From a virus (lineage: Duplodnaviria; Caudoviricetes): DNA of 36,088 nucleotides. A program made the position numbers and the translations under genes. The notes under the pieces are model-generated. The model ran no database searches, was not told where the DNA came from, and saw only the letters and a list, made by a program, of their open reading frames with translations. Location of the stretch: IMG/VR virus record IMGVR_UViG_3300032227_000453, positions 1-36,088 of that record. The stretch is one strand, 5' to 3'. Each line of letters starts with the position of its first letter. Position 1 is the stretch's first letter. Positions 24,735-33,849 of this stretch are shown here, in pieces.

Positions 24735-26332
24735 TTTGGCGCAAGCACCAGATTCTCACGCCGCCTTCCGACGAGGAGATCGCGGCGATGACTCCAGAGG
24801 AGGTTCTGGAGATCTACAAGGTTTACCACGAAGCCATCGAGAATGCGGAGAAAGACCCGTATCAGTATGGGTTCCAGCTCCCACACTGGAAGAAGGCGGA
24901 AGAGCAGCTCAGCGAGGTAAACGAAATCCTTGCGCTGGGCGGTAACAGGTCAGGGAAAACACAATTTGGCGCATTTTCTGTCGTTCGTGCTGCGGTGGAG
25001 AATCCCAACTCCGAGATCTTCTGTTTCGCCCAAACGTCTGAGGTGTCCATCCGCCAGCAACAAAGCGCTGTGTGGTCGTGGCTGCCCGAGTACCTGAAGA
25101 CCAAGTTCACCAGCGCGAACGCTTACATTTCATACAAAAAGAAGACCGGGTTCACCGATTCCTCGCTGATTCTGCCGAACGGGTCGCAGATCATCTTCAA
25201 GACCTACTCGCAGTATCAGAACAACCCGACCATCCTAGAGGGTGCCGAGCTTGGTTCCCGCAATCCGGTGTGGCACAATATCGGCGTCTGGCTTGACGAG
25301 TATCTGATTGGTCCTGAACTTATTACCACTCTACGGCTTGGGCGTCTCGCCACGCGGAACGCCAAGATGCTGGTGACGTTCACGCCCATCAGTGGATGGA
25401 CCGAGGTCATCAAGGAGTATCTAGACGGAGCGACTACCATTGAAAGCCGGAAAGCTGAGCTGCTAAACGGCGAGCTGGTTCCCTACGTCCAGCGGTCCAA
25501 AAAGCTCAACGCGTCGGTTCACTACTTCCATTCGCAGGACAACCCGTTCGGCGGCTACGAGCGCATCAAGGAGGCACTGAATGGTCGAAGCCGGGAAGAG
25601 ATTCTCATCCGGGCATACGGGGTGCCGATGAAGTCGCATGCCACTAAGTTTCCGAAGTTTAACAAGATCGTCAACGTGGTGGACAGTGACAAAATCCCTA
25701 CAAGGAATGTCACGAGGTATCACGTCATCGACCCCGCAGGCGCGAAGAACTGGTTCATGTGCTGGATTGCGGTGGACGAGACTGGGACGATGTGGGTTTA
25801 CCGCGAATGGCCGGGTGTGGATGTCGGCGACTGGGCGGAGTGGAAGGGCGGCAAGTGGGTGCCGGGCGAGGGTGCTAAGGGGCAGGGCTACGGCATCCGG
25901 GACTACGTGGAGCTGATCGAGGAGATGGAAGGCGACGAGGAAATCTTCGAGCGCATCATCGACCCTCGGCTGGGTGCCGCGAAGTATCAGGTGCAAGACG
26001 GTTCATCCTCGATCATCGAAGACCTGAACGACGCTGGCATGGTGTGCATCCCCGCACCAGGGCTGGACATCGACGACGGCCTGCAAGCTTTGATCGGGAA
26101 AATGGCATGGGACACGTCTAAGCCGCTGGATTCTGTCAACCGCCCCTACTTCTACGTCAGTTCTGATTGCCAGAACATCATCCAAGGCTTGTCGGAATAC
26201 ACCGGCGAGGGAGGACTGAAGGAAGCGTGGAAGGACACGATTGACGTGCTGCGATACGCTGCGATCTCCGGGATTGACCACGTTGACAATCTTGATAATT
26301 TTGTTACAACCCACGGAAGCGGAGGCTACTAA
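24731..26332 (+). CDS. terL: Terminase large subunit
   Basis: Walker A GGNRSGKT, Walker B VWLDE, TFTP coupling motif, nuclease IDP...KDTIDVLRY. Confidence 0.93.
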   Translation: MIWRKHQILTPPSDEEIAAMTPEEVLEIYKVYHEAIENAEKDPYQYGFQLPHWKKAEEQLSEVNEILALGGNRSGKTQFGAFSVVRAAVENPNSEIFCFAQTSEVSIRQQQSAVWSWLPEYLKTKFTSANAYISYKKKTGFTDSSLILPNGSQIIFKTYSQYQNNPTILEGAELGSRNPVWHNIGVWLDEYLIGPELITTLRLGRLATRNAKMLVTFTPISGWTEVIKEYLDGATTIESRKAELLNGELVPYVQRSKKLNASVHYFHSQDNPFGGYERIKEALNGRSREEILIRAYGVPMKSHATKFPKFNKIVNVVDSDKIPTRNVTRYHVIDPAGAKNWFMCWIAVDETGTMWVYREWPGVDVGDWAEWKGGKWVPGEGAKGQGYGIRDYVELIEEMEGDEEIFERIIDPRLGAAKYQVQDGSSSIIEDLNDAGMVCIPAPGLDIDDGLQALIGKMAWDTSKPLDSVNRPYFYVSSDCQNIIQGLSEYTGEGGLKEAWKDTIDVLRYAAISGIDHVDNLDNFVTTHGSGGY

Positions 26333-26598
26333 TGCAGCAATCATCAGCAAAGAAGAGAGGGCGTCCCCCCAAGCGGAAGATGGACAAGCCCATTGAGTTG
26401 TCCGATGTGGTCATCAAGCCGATGACGGCATTCGTAGTCTCCGCCTGCCCGAATCCCTTGTGGGTGACCGCCAGCCTCGGTGGCTTTCGAATCGACGTGA
26501 AATGCCCCGCATGGGCGTCCAAGTCACTGGTTGGCAAGGAGATTGAGATTTGCCTCATCCCGTCTGAAACAGGAAATTATTACGAATACGTAAAATGA
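26332..26598 (+). CDS. Hypothetical protein with AT-hook-like motif
   Basis: KKRGRPPKR at the N-terminus. Confidence 0.7.
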   Translation: MQQSSAKKRGRPPKRKMDKPIELSDVVIKPMTAFVVSACPNPLWVTASLGGFRIDVKCPAWASKSLVGKEIEICLIPSETGNYYEYVK

Positions 26599-28661
26599 AT
26601 TACACCCAAGAGATGGAAGACGAGGCAATGGTTTACGTGGACAAGGAGCCTGACATCGGTGCCTTGTCGAGTGCCTACGATGACTGCCTGATCGACCTCG
26701 ATTACTACTTCGAGTCGTGCCTGCGGTCCTACAACGACCGGCGCAACATCTGGGACGGCAAGTCCGACGACCTCCGCAAGAACGGCGCGAACGCCTTCCC
26801 GTGGCAGGGGGCGTCCGACCAAGAGGTGAACGTCGTCGGCGAGCGGATCGACACCTACGTCGCGCTGTTCGACCAGGCTCTCTCCCGCTCCCACATCAAG
26901 GCGTTCCCAACCTCGATGGCGTCCATGCCTCGGGCGGCGATTGTGTCCTCCTTCCTCAAGTGGATGCGCTCCTCCTACATCCCCGATTTCAAGCGGCAGA
27001 TGGAGCTGGGCGGGAATTACCTGCTGGAGAAGGGGCTGATGGTCACCTACGTGGGCTGGAAGCGTGAGCGTCGGTCCTACCTGCAAAGCGTCAGCCTTGA
27101 GCAAATCGCGCAGGCGTCTCCCGACCTTGCCGAGCTGATCCTGAGTGGCGAGGACGACGAGATGCTCCTCAACCTGATCCAAGACTCCTTCCCTGCGCTG
27201 TCCACCAAGCGTGCGAAGAAGGCGATCCACGACCTGCGTGCGATGGCCGTGGCGGAAATCCCGCTTTCCCGCCAGACGGTTGACTGCCCGATTGTCCACT
27301 CGTGCGCTCCGGACGGCGAGGTGATCTTCCCGTCCTACATCTCCGACCCGCAGCGTGCGCCCTACATGTTCTGGCGAACATTCCTAACGGCGCAAGAGCT
27401 GGAGAAGAAGGTGACGAATGAAGGCTGGGACCGCAAGTGGGTGGATCACGCCATTGCTAACCTGCGTGGCAAGGACTCCATGTATCTGGACGGCGAGAAG
27501 CTGAAGACGGATACACGCCTGCCGATCACGGACGACAACGATCTTGTCATGGTGGTGTATGGCTACCAGCGGCTGATCGACGAGGAGGACGGTTCCGAGG
27601 GCATCTATTGCACGGTCTTCCACCCGCAGGCCGACGGCTACGCGAAGCACGAACTGCTCAACGGATACGACGATTACCCGTTCATCGTAACCCGACTTTC
27701 GAATGACCAGAAGCGAATGTATGAAGTCCAGACCTTCTCGGACATCCTCCGAGGGTCGCAGATGCAGATCAAAACGGAGCGCGACAGCCGGATCGACCGA
27801 GCTTCGCTGGCTACCCTTCCACCTATTATGCACCCTGCTGGAAGGCCTCCTTCTGATTGGGGTCCTGGTCGCCGAGTCCCCTATCGGCGTTTGGGTGAAA
27901 TCGCCTTTGGTCCGATTCCTCCGCGTGATGACGGTTCCGTTGAAGCTGAGCTTTCGATGCGTGGCCAAGCTGATCGCGCTGTGGGGCTGGATCTTACAAA
28001 CCCCCTCGCGGTGGCGCGTCAGCAGTTCTTCATCACCCGGTTCCTCGACCACGTGAAGGACGTGCTGACCATGGCGTGGAAGCTCTTCCAGCGCATGGGA
28101 CCGGACGAGGTGTTCTTCCAAGTCACCGGCAACCCGAACCCGCAGGTGATGACCAAGGGCAGCCCGGACGAGAACTTCAGCATCACGGTGTCGTTCGACT
28201 CGCTGGCTACCGATCCTGAGACGGCGGAAACCCAGCTCAAGAACATGGTGTCGCTGGTCCAGCTAGACCGTAATGGCATCCTCGATGTGAACAAGCTGCT
28301 TGAGTTCACCGCGTCGGCGATCAACCCAATCTTCGCTGACTACGTTCTCCAGCCGATGGAGGAAGCCCAGCAGAAGGTGGCGAAGAACGTGACCGATGAC
28401 CTCGCCAAGATCTTCGCTGGCATCGAAGTCCCCGCCCAGCCGAACGGTGCTCAGATCGCCATGCAGATGGTGCAGGCCTACGTCCAGCAGCCCGATGTGG
28501 CGGCTAGAGCGCAGTCTAACGAGGCTTTCGCGGCACGCTTGCAGAAGTATGCCGGGGCCTACCAGTTCCAGCTACAGCAGGCCCAGAATGCAGAAATAGG
28601 AAAAATCGGGGTCGCGCCCGCCCAGATGGGTGACATCAACCTTCAGAACATGGAGCAATGA
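26595..28661 (+). CDS. Portal protein
   Basis: 688 aa downstream of terL; Q-rich helical C-terminus as in P22-like portals. Confidence 0.82.
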   Translation: MNYTQEMEDEAMVYVDKEPDIGALSSAYDDCLIDLDYYFESCLRSYNDRRNIWDGKSDDLRKNGANAFPWQGASDQEVNVVGERIDTYVALFDQALSRSHIKAFPTSMASMPRAAIVSSFLKWMRSSYIPDFKRQMELGGNYLLEKGLMVTYVGWKRERRSYLQSVSLEQIAQASPDLAELILSGEDDEMLLNLIQDSFPALSTKRAKKAIHDLRAMAVAEIPLSRQTVDCPIVHSCAPDGEVIFPSYISDPQRAPYMFWRTFLTAQELEKKVTNEGWDRKWVDHAIANLRGKDSMYLDGEKLKTDTRLPITDDNDLVMVVYGYQRLIDEEDGSEGIYCTVFHPQADGYAKHELLNGYDDYPFIVTRLSNDQKRMYEVQTFSDILRGSQMQIKTERDSRIDRASLATLPPIMHPAGRPPSDWGPGRRVPYRRLGEIAFGPIPPRDDGSVEAELSMRGQADRAVGLDLTNPLAVARQQFFITRFLDHVKDVLTMAWKLFQRMGPDEVFFQVTGNPNPQVMTKGSPDENFSITVSFDSLATDPETAETQLKNMVSLVQLDRNGILDVNKLLEFTASAINPIFADYVLQPMEEAQQKVAKNVTDDLAKIFAGIEVPAQPNGAQIAMQMVQAYVQQPDVAARAQSNEAFAARLQKYAGAYQFQLQQAQNAEIGKIGVAPAQMGDINLQNMEQ

Positions 28662-28706
28662 AAAATGGTTGCAATTCAGAACTAGGTCGCCAGACTCCGG
28701 TTGCCA

Positions 28707-28880
28707 ATGAACGCCACCACAGAACAAAGAACTGAATTCAACCTCAAGATCTACCAATGCCCTGATGGGTCTTGGCGGATTCTCTCTGAGGATTACATTG
28801 ACGAATGGGCGGACGACAAACTTCGCGGCCTAGACCCTAAAGAGGTAGCCTGCGAAATCAGGAAGCTCCTCACCAAGTAA
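28707..28880 (+). CDS. Hypothetical protein (57 aa, not in the ORF track)
   Basis: MNATTEQRTEFNLKIYQCPDGSWRIL...EIRKLLTK*. Confidence 0.5.
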   Translation: MNATTEQRTEFNLKIYQCPDGSWRILSEDYIDEWADDKLRGLDPKEVACEIRKLLTK

Positions 28881-28899
28881 CCACCCAAGGGATGGAACA

Positions 28900-29046
28900 A
28901 TGAAGAAAAATCTGGTCAAACGAGCTGATGGTTCCTACTCTCCTCGCGGGATGTGGGACAACATCCGTGCAGCTAAGGGCTCCGGCAAGAAGCCAACCAA
29001 GGAGATGCTGAAGCAGGAGCGTAAAATCAAACTGAAGACCAAATGA
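28900..29046 (+). CDS. Small Lys-rich protein (48 aa, not in the ORF track)
   Basis: MKKNLVKRADGSYSPRGMWDNIRAAKGSGKKPTKEMLKQERKIKLKTK*; ATGA overlap. Confidence 0.65.
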   Translation: MKKNLVKRADGSYSPRGMWDNIRAAKGSGKKPTKEMLKQERKIKLKTK

Positions 29047-29264
29047 ACTGGCTACCAAACGATATTGCCCGATGCAAGGGCATGTGGGTGGAAGAAGGCG
29101 AACACTCCGGCTGGCGTGAGGGCTGCGAGAACTGCCTGCGTCGCACGGCACCGAAGCCGGAACGCTACGTCATGATCGCCCCGCCGGAAATCATCACGTT
29201 TCAATGCGAATACCTGATCGAACCCTATGGAGAAGAGATTCAAGAAAGTGGTGACCAACCCTGA
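29043..29264 (+). CDS. Hypothetical Cys-containing protein
   Basis: DIARCKG...CENCLRR...CEY. Confidence 0.65.
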   Translation: MNWLPNDIARCKGMWVEEGEHSGWREGCENCLRRTAPKPERYVMIAPPEIITFQCEYLIEPYGEEIQESGDQP

Positions 29265-29451
29265 GACTGGTCGCAAGAAGACCGTCCGGTATGGGCAAAA
29301 GGGTGCAACCATCTCACCGGGCTCAGCCCGTGGGGACGCATACTGTGCCCGTTCCGCGAAGATCAAAGGCGACTGGCGCAGCGATAAGAACTCACCCAAC
29401 AGCCTTTCGCGCCGGAAATGGCGCTGCCGAGGGGACAAATCAATGAAGTAA
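29227..29451 (+). CDS. Small basic phage protein
   Basis: VRYGQKG...YCARS...NSPNSLSRRKWRC pattern. Confidence 0.7.
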   Translation: MEKRFKKVVTNPETGRKKTVRYGQKGATISPGSARGDAYCARSAKIKGDWRSDKNSPNSLSRRKWRCRGDKSMK

Positions 29452-29454
29452 TCT

Positions 29455-29586
29455 ATGAAGAAGACCAAATCAGGAGGCTGCGGCCACGAAAAGATGGAAG
29501 GCAAGAAGAACGGCAAGGGCAAACGCTACCTTGAGGTGGAGATCACCATGGGGAAGATGCCCAAGAAGCAAGGCAAGCGGAAGTAG
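29455..29586 (+). CDS. Small Lys-rich protein (43 aa, not in the ORF track)
   Basis: MKKTKSGGCGHEKMEGKKNGKGKRYLEVEITMGKMPKKQGKRK*; fills the gap. Confidence 0.6.
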   Translation: MKKTKSGGCGHEKMEGKKNGKGKRYLEVEITMGKMPKKQGKRK

Positions 29587-29588
29587 CC

Positions 29589-29843
29589 ATGAGGGACTAC
29601 AAGAAGGAATACCAAGAGTATCACAGCAAGCCCAAGCAGATTGCACGCCGGGCTGGGCGTAATGCTGCGCGTGCCAAAGCTGTGAAGCTGGGCATGGCGT
29701 CGAATGGTGACGGGAAGGACATCCACCACAAGAACAACAACCCGAAGGACAACCGCGCTAGCAACCTAGCCGCCACCTCGGTGAGCAAGAATCGTGGGTT
29801 CCCGCGCACCTCGAAGAACAAGCCGAAAGGAAAACTGAAATGA
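29589..29843 (+). CDS. HNH endonuclease-like protein
   Basis: GDGKDIHHKNNNPKDN...SNL...SKNR. Confidence 0.75.
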   Translation: MRDYKKEYQEYHSKPKQIARRAGRNAARAKAVKLGMASNGDGKDIHHKNNNPKDNRASNLAATSVSKNRGFPRTSKNKPKGKLK

Positions 29844-30052
29844 CGCCACTCCCCAAGCCGAGCATCCAGCAAGCTGTTGCGGCTCTTTCCGACCGCGACG
29901 AGTTCAAGGTGATCGTCGAGTTCATCCGTGACGAGCGGGACCGATTCTTTGCAGACTTCCGCCAGACGGCCACGGAGAACGACGTGATGAAGATCTGCGG
30001 CAGCATCTCCACGCTGGACGAGCTTCTGACGCTTCTGACTAGGGGGGCTTGA
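29840..30052 (+). CDS. Hypothetical protein
   Basis: 70 aa helical; ATGA overlap; precedes the scaffold gene. Confidence 0.7.
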   Translation: MTPLPKPSIQQAVAALSDRDEFKVIVEFIRDERDRFFADFRQTATENDVMKICGSISTLDELLTLLTRGA

Positions 30053-30117
30053 CAAGCTCAGGCTTTTTGCGTTAGTTGTTCTCCACGGCCTCTTTAGTGG
30101 GTTAATTCAACCTCAGT

Positions 30118-30150
30118 GGGGGTCACGGTTTCTGCCGTGGCCCCCTTTTT
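30118..30150 (+). terminator. Rho-independent terminator
   Basis: GGGGGTCACGG-loop-CCGTGGCCCCC-TTTTT. Confidence 0.8.
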
Positions 30151-30179
30151 CGTGCCCGGTTCCGCGAAAACGCGAACGC

Positions 30180-30209
30180 TTGACAAATGCACTCGGATTG
30201 CGTAATCGT
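30180..30209 (+). promoter_or_regulatory. Putative promoter for the scaffold/capsid operon
   Basis: TTGACA-17 nt-TAATCGT between the terminator and the scaffold ATG. Confidence 0.55.
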
Positions 30210-30247
30210 CAGCCATTCGCACCGCCGAGCGTAAATGGCGTTTTAAT

Positions 30248-31273
30248 ATGAGCAATCCAGAAGCTATCGCTGAGGCTACAGAATCAGTGGACGACAACCT
30301 GACATTCGAAGAGCTTGTAGCTCAGAGAATCGCCAGACATAGCACCGAAGCTGAATCGGAGGTGGAAGCCGAAGAGGAGGAGACCCAGGATGAAGAAGCC
30401 GAAGTGGAGGAATCCACCGAGGAAGAGTCCGAGGAATCCGAACCGGAGGAGGAAGCTGAAGAAACGGAAGAGGAAAGCGACATCGACCTGCTGTCCCTGA
30501 CAACGGAACAGATCCAGAATCTTGCTAAGAAGGGGAAGAGCCGACTGCTTCAACGCATCGGTGAGCTGACCGCTCAGAAGAAAGCCCTAGAGGAGCAGAT
30601 TCGATCAAAGCCGGAAATCAAGGAAGTCCCCCAAGATCAGAACCCATTTCGTGACATCACGTCGTTCGACGACCTGAAGGCGAAATACGAAGAGCTTGAG
30701 CGAACCCTTGAGTCAACGGATGACATCCTTGAAGAGCACATTGATTACCGTCCCGAGGACCTGATCATTGTGGGCGATAAGGAGTTCACCAAGCAGCAGA
30801 TCCGAAAAGCCAACCGAAACGCCCGTGAGGCATTGACGAAATACATCCCAGCTCAGCAAGCCTACCTCGCGCAGGTTGCTCAGATGGAGCAGATGAAGAG
30901 TCAATACATCGCGGCAGCCGAGGAAGAGGTTCCCGACATCAAGGACGAAAGCACCAATGTTGGGAAGCAATTCAAGGCGCTCATGTCTGACCCTCTGATT
31001 GAAAAGCTGCGAAAGCAAGTTCCAGAGATCGGGTATCAAATTGAATACATCCTAGCTCATGCGTCGAACTCGATCCATGGGAAAGCCAAGACGAAGCAGC
31101 TACCTGCGGTGGGGAATAAATTGAAGGTGAAGCCATCCTCAAGCCCATTTGGTGCAGGCGCAGCGAAGTCCTCGGTGAACCCCAAGGCGAAGGTTGCGGA
31201 TGCATTCAGCCGTTTCGAGAGGAGCGGGAGCGCGGAAGATTGGGTTGCTGCACGAATTGCCAAATACAAGTAA
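30248..31273 (+). CDS. Capsid scaffolding protein
   Basis: Very acidic N-terminus, coiled coil (RIGELTAQKK), directly upstream of the capsid gene. Confidence 0.8.
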   Translation: MSNPEAIAEATESVDDNLTFEELVAQRIARHSTEAESEVEAEEEETQDEEAEVEESTEEESEESEPEEEAEETEEESDIDLLSLTTEQIQNLAKKGKSRLLQRIGELTAQKKALEEQIRSKPEIKEVPQDQNPFRDITSFDDLKAKYEELERTLESTDDILEEHIDYRPEDLIIVGDKEFTKQQIRKANRNAREALTKYIPAQQAYLAQVAQMEQMKSQYIAAAEEEVPDIKDESTNVGKQFKALMSDPLIEKLRKQVPEIGYQIEYILAHASNSIHGKAKTKQLPAVGNKLKVKPSSSPFGAGAAKSSVNPKAKVADAFSRFERSGSAEDWVAARIAKYK

Positions 31274-31290
31274 GCTAACCAACTACGACC

Positions 31291-32295
31291 ATGCCTATCT
31301 CCAATACCTACCAACCGTCCGCTCCGGCTGCGAAGACCGGAACTGGTTCCGCCATCTCCAACCGGGAGGATCTGAGCAACGAACTTGCCATTCTCGCCGC
31401 TGAAGACACCCCGATCCTTTCGCTCTGCTCGAAGGGTAAGGCCACCTCGACGTTCAGCGAATGGACTGTTGATTCCCTCGCTTCCCCGGTCACCACCGGC
31501 ATCAGCGAAGGCTCCGACGTGACCTCGTTCTCCGACAAGTTCGCCAATCGCGCCCGCCTTGGCAACTACGTCCAAGTGATGCGCCGCGACTACCTCGTGT
31601 CGAACCTGCAACAAGCCGTGACCAGCGTTGGCCCCGCCAACATTGCCCAGGCTGAAGCGAAGTCGATGCGCGAAATCAAGCGTGACATCGAAGCCACCAT
31701 CGCCTCGGACAACGAGATGACCGTGGAGAACGGCGCAGGCACCCCCTACGGCATGCGCGGCCTCGGCAAGTGGATTCAATCCACCGCTCAAGCAACCAAC
31801 CCGGTTCCTGCGGACTACCGCACTCCGACGGCTTCGATCTTCTCCTCTGGCACCTTCAACGAAAGCGCGTTCAACTCGCGGATTGGTTCGATCTTCGCCG
31901 AAAACGGTGAGATGAACTCCCTCACGCTTGTGGCCAACGTCGCGCTTCGCCAGTTGATCAGCGGCTTCACCCGCGCTCAGCCCTCCAGTGCTGGCGTGAC
32001 CTACCACGTCAACCAAGACGCAACGAGCAAGGCGATCACCCTCTCGGTCAACCTTTACGATTCCGACTTCGGCGTCGTGAAGATCGTGAACGGCAACCCG
32101 AGCTGCATGCCCACCGGTAGCGGCACCAATTTCGGGTATATCCTGAACCCGAAATACCTCGGCTTCAACAGCCTCATCCCAATGGGTGCCACCCGCCTTG
32201 AGAACCAAGGTGGTGGCGAGCGTGGTTTCGTTGACGTTGCTGGCACTCTGGTGTGCAAGCACCCGAAGGCCCACGGCAAGATCGCATTCACCTGA
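31291..32295 (+). CDS. Major capsid protein (SU10/DUF5309-like)
   Basis: NREDLS...DTP...EWTVDSL...EG...NYVQ...KRDIE...YDSDFG motif series; strong codon bias. Confidence 0.9.
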   Translation: MPISNTYQPSAPAAKTGTGSAISNREDLSNELAILAAEDTPILSLCSKGKATSTFSEWTVDSLASPVTTGISEGSDVTSFSDKFANRARLGNYVQVMRRDYLVSNLQQAVTSVGPANIAQAEAKSMREIKRDIEATIASDNEMTVENGAGTPYGMRGLGKWIQSTAQATNPVPADYRTPTASIFSSGTFNESAFNSRIGSIFAENGEMNSLTLVANVALRQLISGFTRAQPSSAGVTYHVNQDATSKAITLSVNLYDSDFGVVKIVNGNPSCMPTGSGTNFGYILNPKYLGFNSLIPMGATRLENQGGGERGFVDVAGTLVCKHPKAHGKIAFT

Positions 32296-32345
32296 TGCTG
32301 CGTAGTAATCCAAATCAGATTCATTAACCAAACAGAAATACGATC

Positions 32346-32768
32346 ATGCCACTACTGACTAACAACGAAGAGCGCGGGTTCACCCACTACTTCCGCATGA
32401 ATGCCGCAGACCTCGTGGCTGCTGGCACCACCGCGAAAGTGATTGCTCAAATCCCTCGCGGCGGTGTCGTCACCAATGCCGCAGTGACCGTCATCATCCC
32501 GATTGCGGGTGCTAGCGACATCACTGTGACCGTTGGCTACACCGGCACTGCCGCCGGGTTCATCGCGTCAACCGACCTCGACGGTCTCACCGCGACTGCC
32601 TACAACACCGGTGCTGCGCTCGACACCGAGCCGGGATACGTCAACAACACGACCTCCGCCGTCAACGTCATCGCCACCCTTGGCGGCACCGTTGCGAACA
32701 TCACCGCTGGTGAGGTGGTTTACTGCCTGACCATCCTTGATCCGTTCAGCATCGGCTCCAACGCCTAA
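32346..32768 (+). CDS. Putative capsid decoration/cement protein
   Basis: 140 aa; A/T/G/V-rich; between the capsid gene and a terminator. Confidence 0.65.
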   Translation: MPLLTNNEERGFTHYFRMNAADLVAAGTTAKVIAQIPRGGVVTNAAVTVIIPIAGASDITVTVGYTGTAAGFIASTDLDGLTATAYNTGAALDTEPGYVNNTTSAVNVIATLGGTVANITAGEVVYCLTILDPFSIGSNA

Positions 32769-32777
32769 TCCGTAACC

Positions 32778-32820
32778 GGGGCAGGGGGACCTAAACCATC
32801 CTCCTGCCCCCTTTTTTCTT
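32778..32820 (+). terminator. Rho-independent terminator
   Basis: GGGGCAGGGGGA...TCCTCCTGCCCC followed by a T-tract. Confidence 0.8.
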
Positions 32821-33099
32821 ATGTTTGCCGAAGAGCAGATCAATGCCGCGCTGGTCCGGGAGCTGTGTTCTGGCCGTCAGCTCATGGAGAGCATGGAGAA
32901 ACGCCGGGAAATCGAGGCTGCGGCTGAAGCCCGTGCAATGCGCGAATCGAAGTCCATGCTGGGCAAGCCCATCGGTGCCGTCCCCCAGCGAGAATACTTG
33001 CTTTTGGCCAACAAATATGGCAATGAGTGCTGGGACGACCGTGAGTTCGTCCGGGACTTCTTCAAATCTCAGTCGCACCTGAAAGCCGGTAACATCTGA
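32821..33099 (+). CDS. Hypothetical protein
   Basis: 92 aa; TGATG overlap with the next gene. Confidence 0.7.
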   Translation: MFAEEQINAALVRELCSGRQLMESMEKRREIEAAAEARAMRESKSMLGKPIGAVPQREYLLLANKYGNECWDDREFVRDFFKSQSHLKAGNI

Positions 33100-33713
33100 T
33101 GCAAACCAAGACCTACTCCCAGCTCATTTCGCTGATCCAGTCTCTGAGCGGGGTTGTCTTCGCGACCATCGAACTTGGCCGGATCAAGGCACTGATCAAC
33201 CGCCGGGCGCTGCGTGCGTATCGCTCAACGAACTACTGGCCGCGATTCCTCAAGATCGGCGAGGAGCGCACGGTGACGAATAACGTGGTCGGCTACACCG
33301 AGGCTGGGCTGGACGCCATTGACACGTTCCTCCGCGTCCACAAGCAGGCACCCTACATCAACGTATCGGTGCAGGAATACGACATCATGGTGACCGCTGA
33401 CGGGGCTACGCTAGTAGCTGGTAGCAGCGGGCCGACCTCGGCATTCGTCACCTACAAAAAGCAGCTCGCGGACACCTACGGGGAAGACCCTGGTGAAGTC
33501 AGCGACATCCCAGCCGAGTGGTTCCAATACATTGCGCACGGCACCTACGCCGACTACCTCCGCGCTGAAGGTCAGCAGGAGAAAGCCGCGCTGGCAGACC
33601 AAGAGGCTGACCTACTTCTTCAGGAGGAAATGATCCGCATCGACGAGCAACACACCCCACAGATGGTTGCAAATCGAATCTTTACCAACGCCAACATGCA
33701 GATGCGCTACTAA
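33099..33713 (+). CDS. Putative head-tail adaptor (tail tubular A-like)
   Basis: 204 aa; INRRA...WP, 'IPAEWFQYIAHG' pattern; position after the capsid genes. Confidence 0.65.
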   Translation: MQTKTYSQLISLIQSLSGVVFATIELGRIKALINRRALRAYRSTNYWPRFLKIGEERTVTNNVVGYTEAGLDAIDTFLRVHKQAPYINVSVQEYDIMVTADGATLVAGSSGPTSAFVTYKKQLADTYGEDPGEVSDIPAEWFQYIAHGTYADYLRAEGQQEKAALADQEADLLLQEEMIRIDEQHTPQMVANRIFTNANMQMRY

Positions 33714-33849
33714 TGAGCTACATCCTTGGATACACCCTTGGGCGATGAACCACTCGTCCGGCATGATTCACGCGCTCTCCCTAGCGGCGGGCGTGTCATG
33801 CATTGCTTTCTGACAACCGACCACCCCTCCCACCTACCCCGACAGACCC

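Noticed and set aside
31057-32331. 424-aa antisense ORF over the capsid gene (likewise 18514-19317, 26580-27299, 27384-28121)
   Set aside because: Shadow ORFs expected from strong codon bias in GC-rich genes; no motifs, and they overlap well-supported genes.
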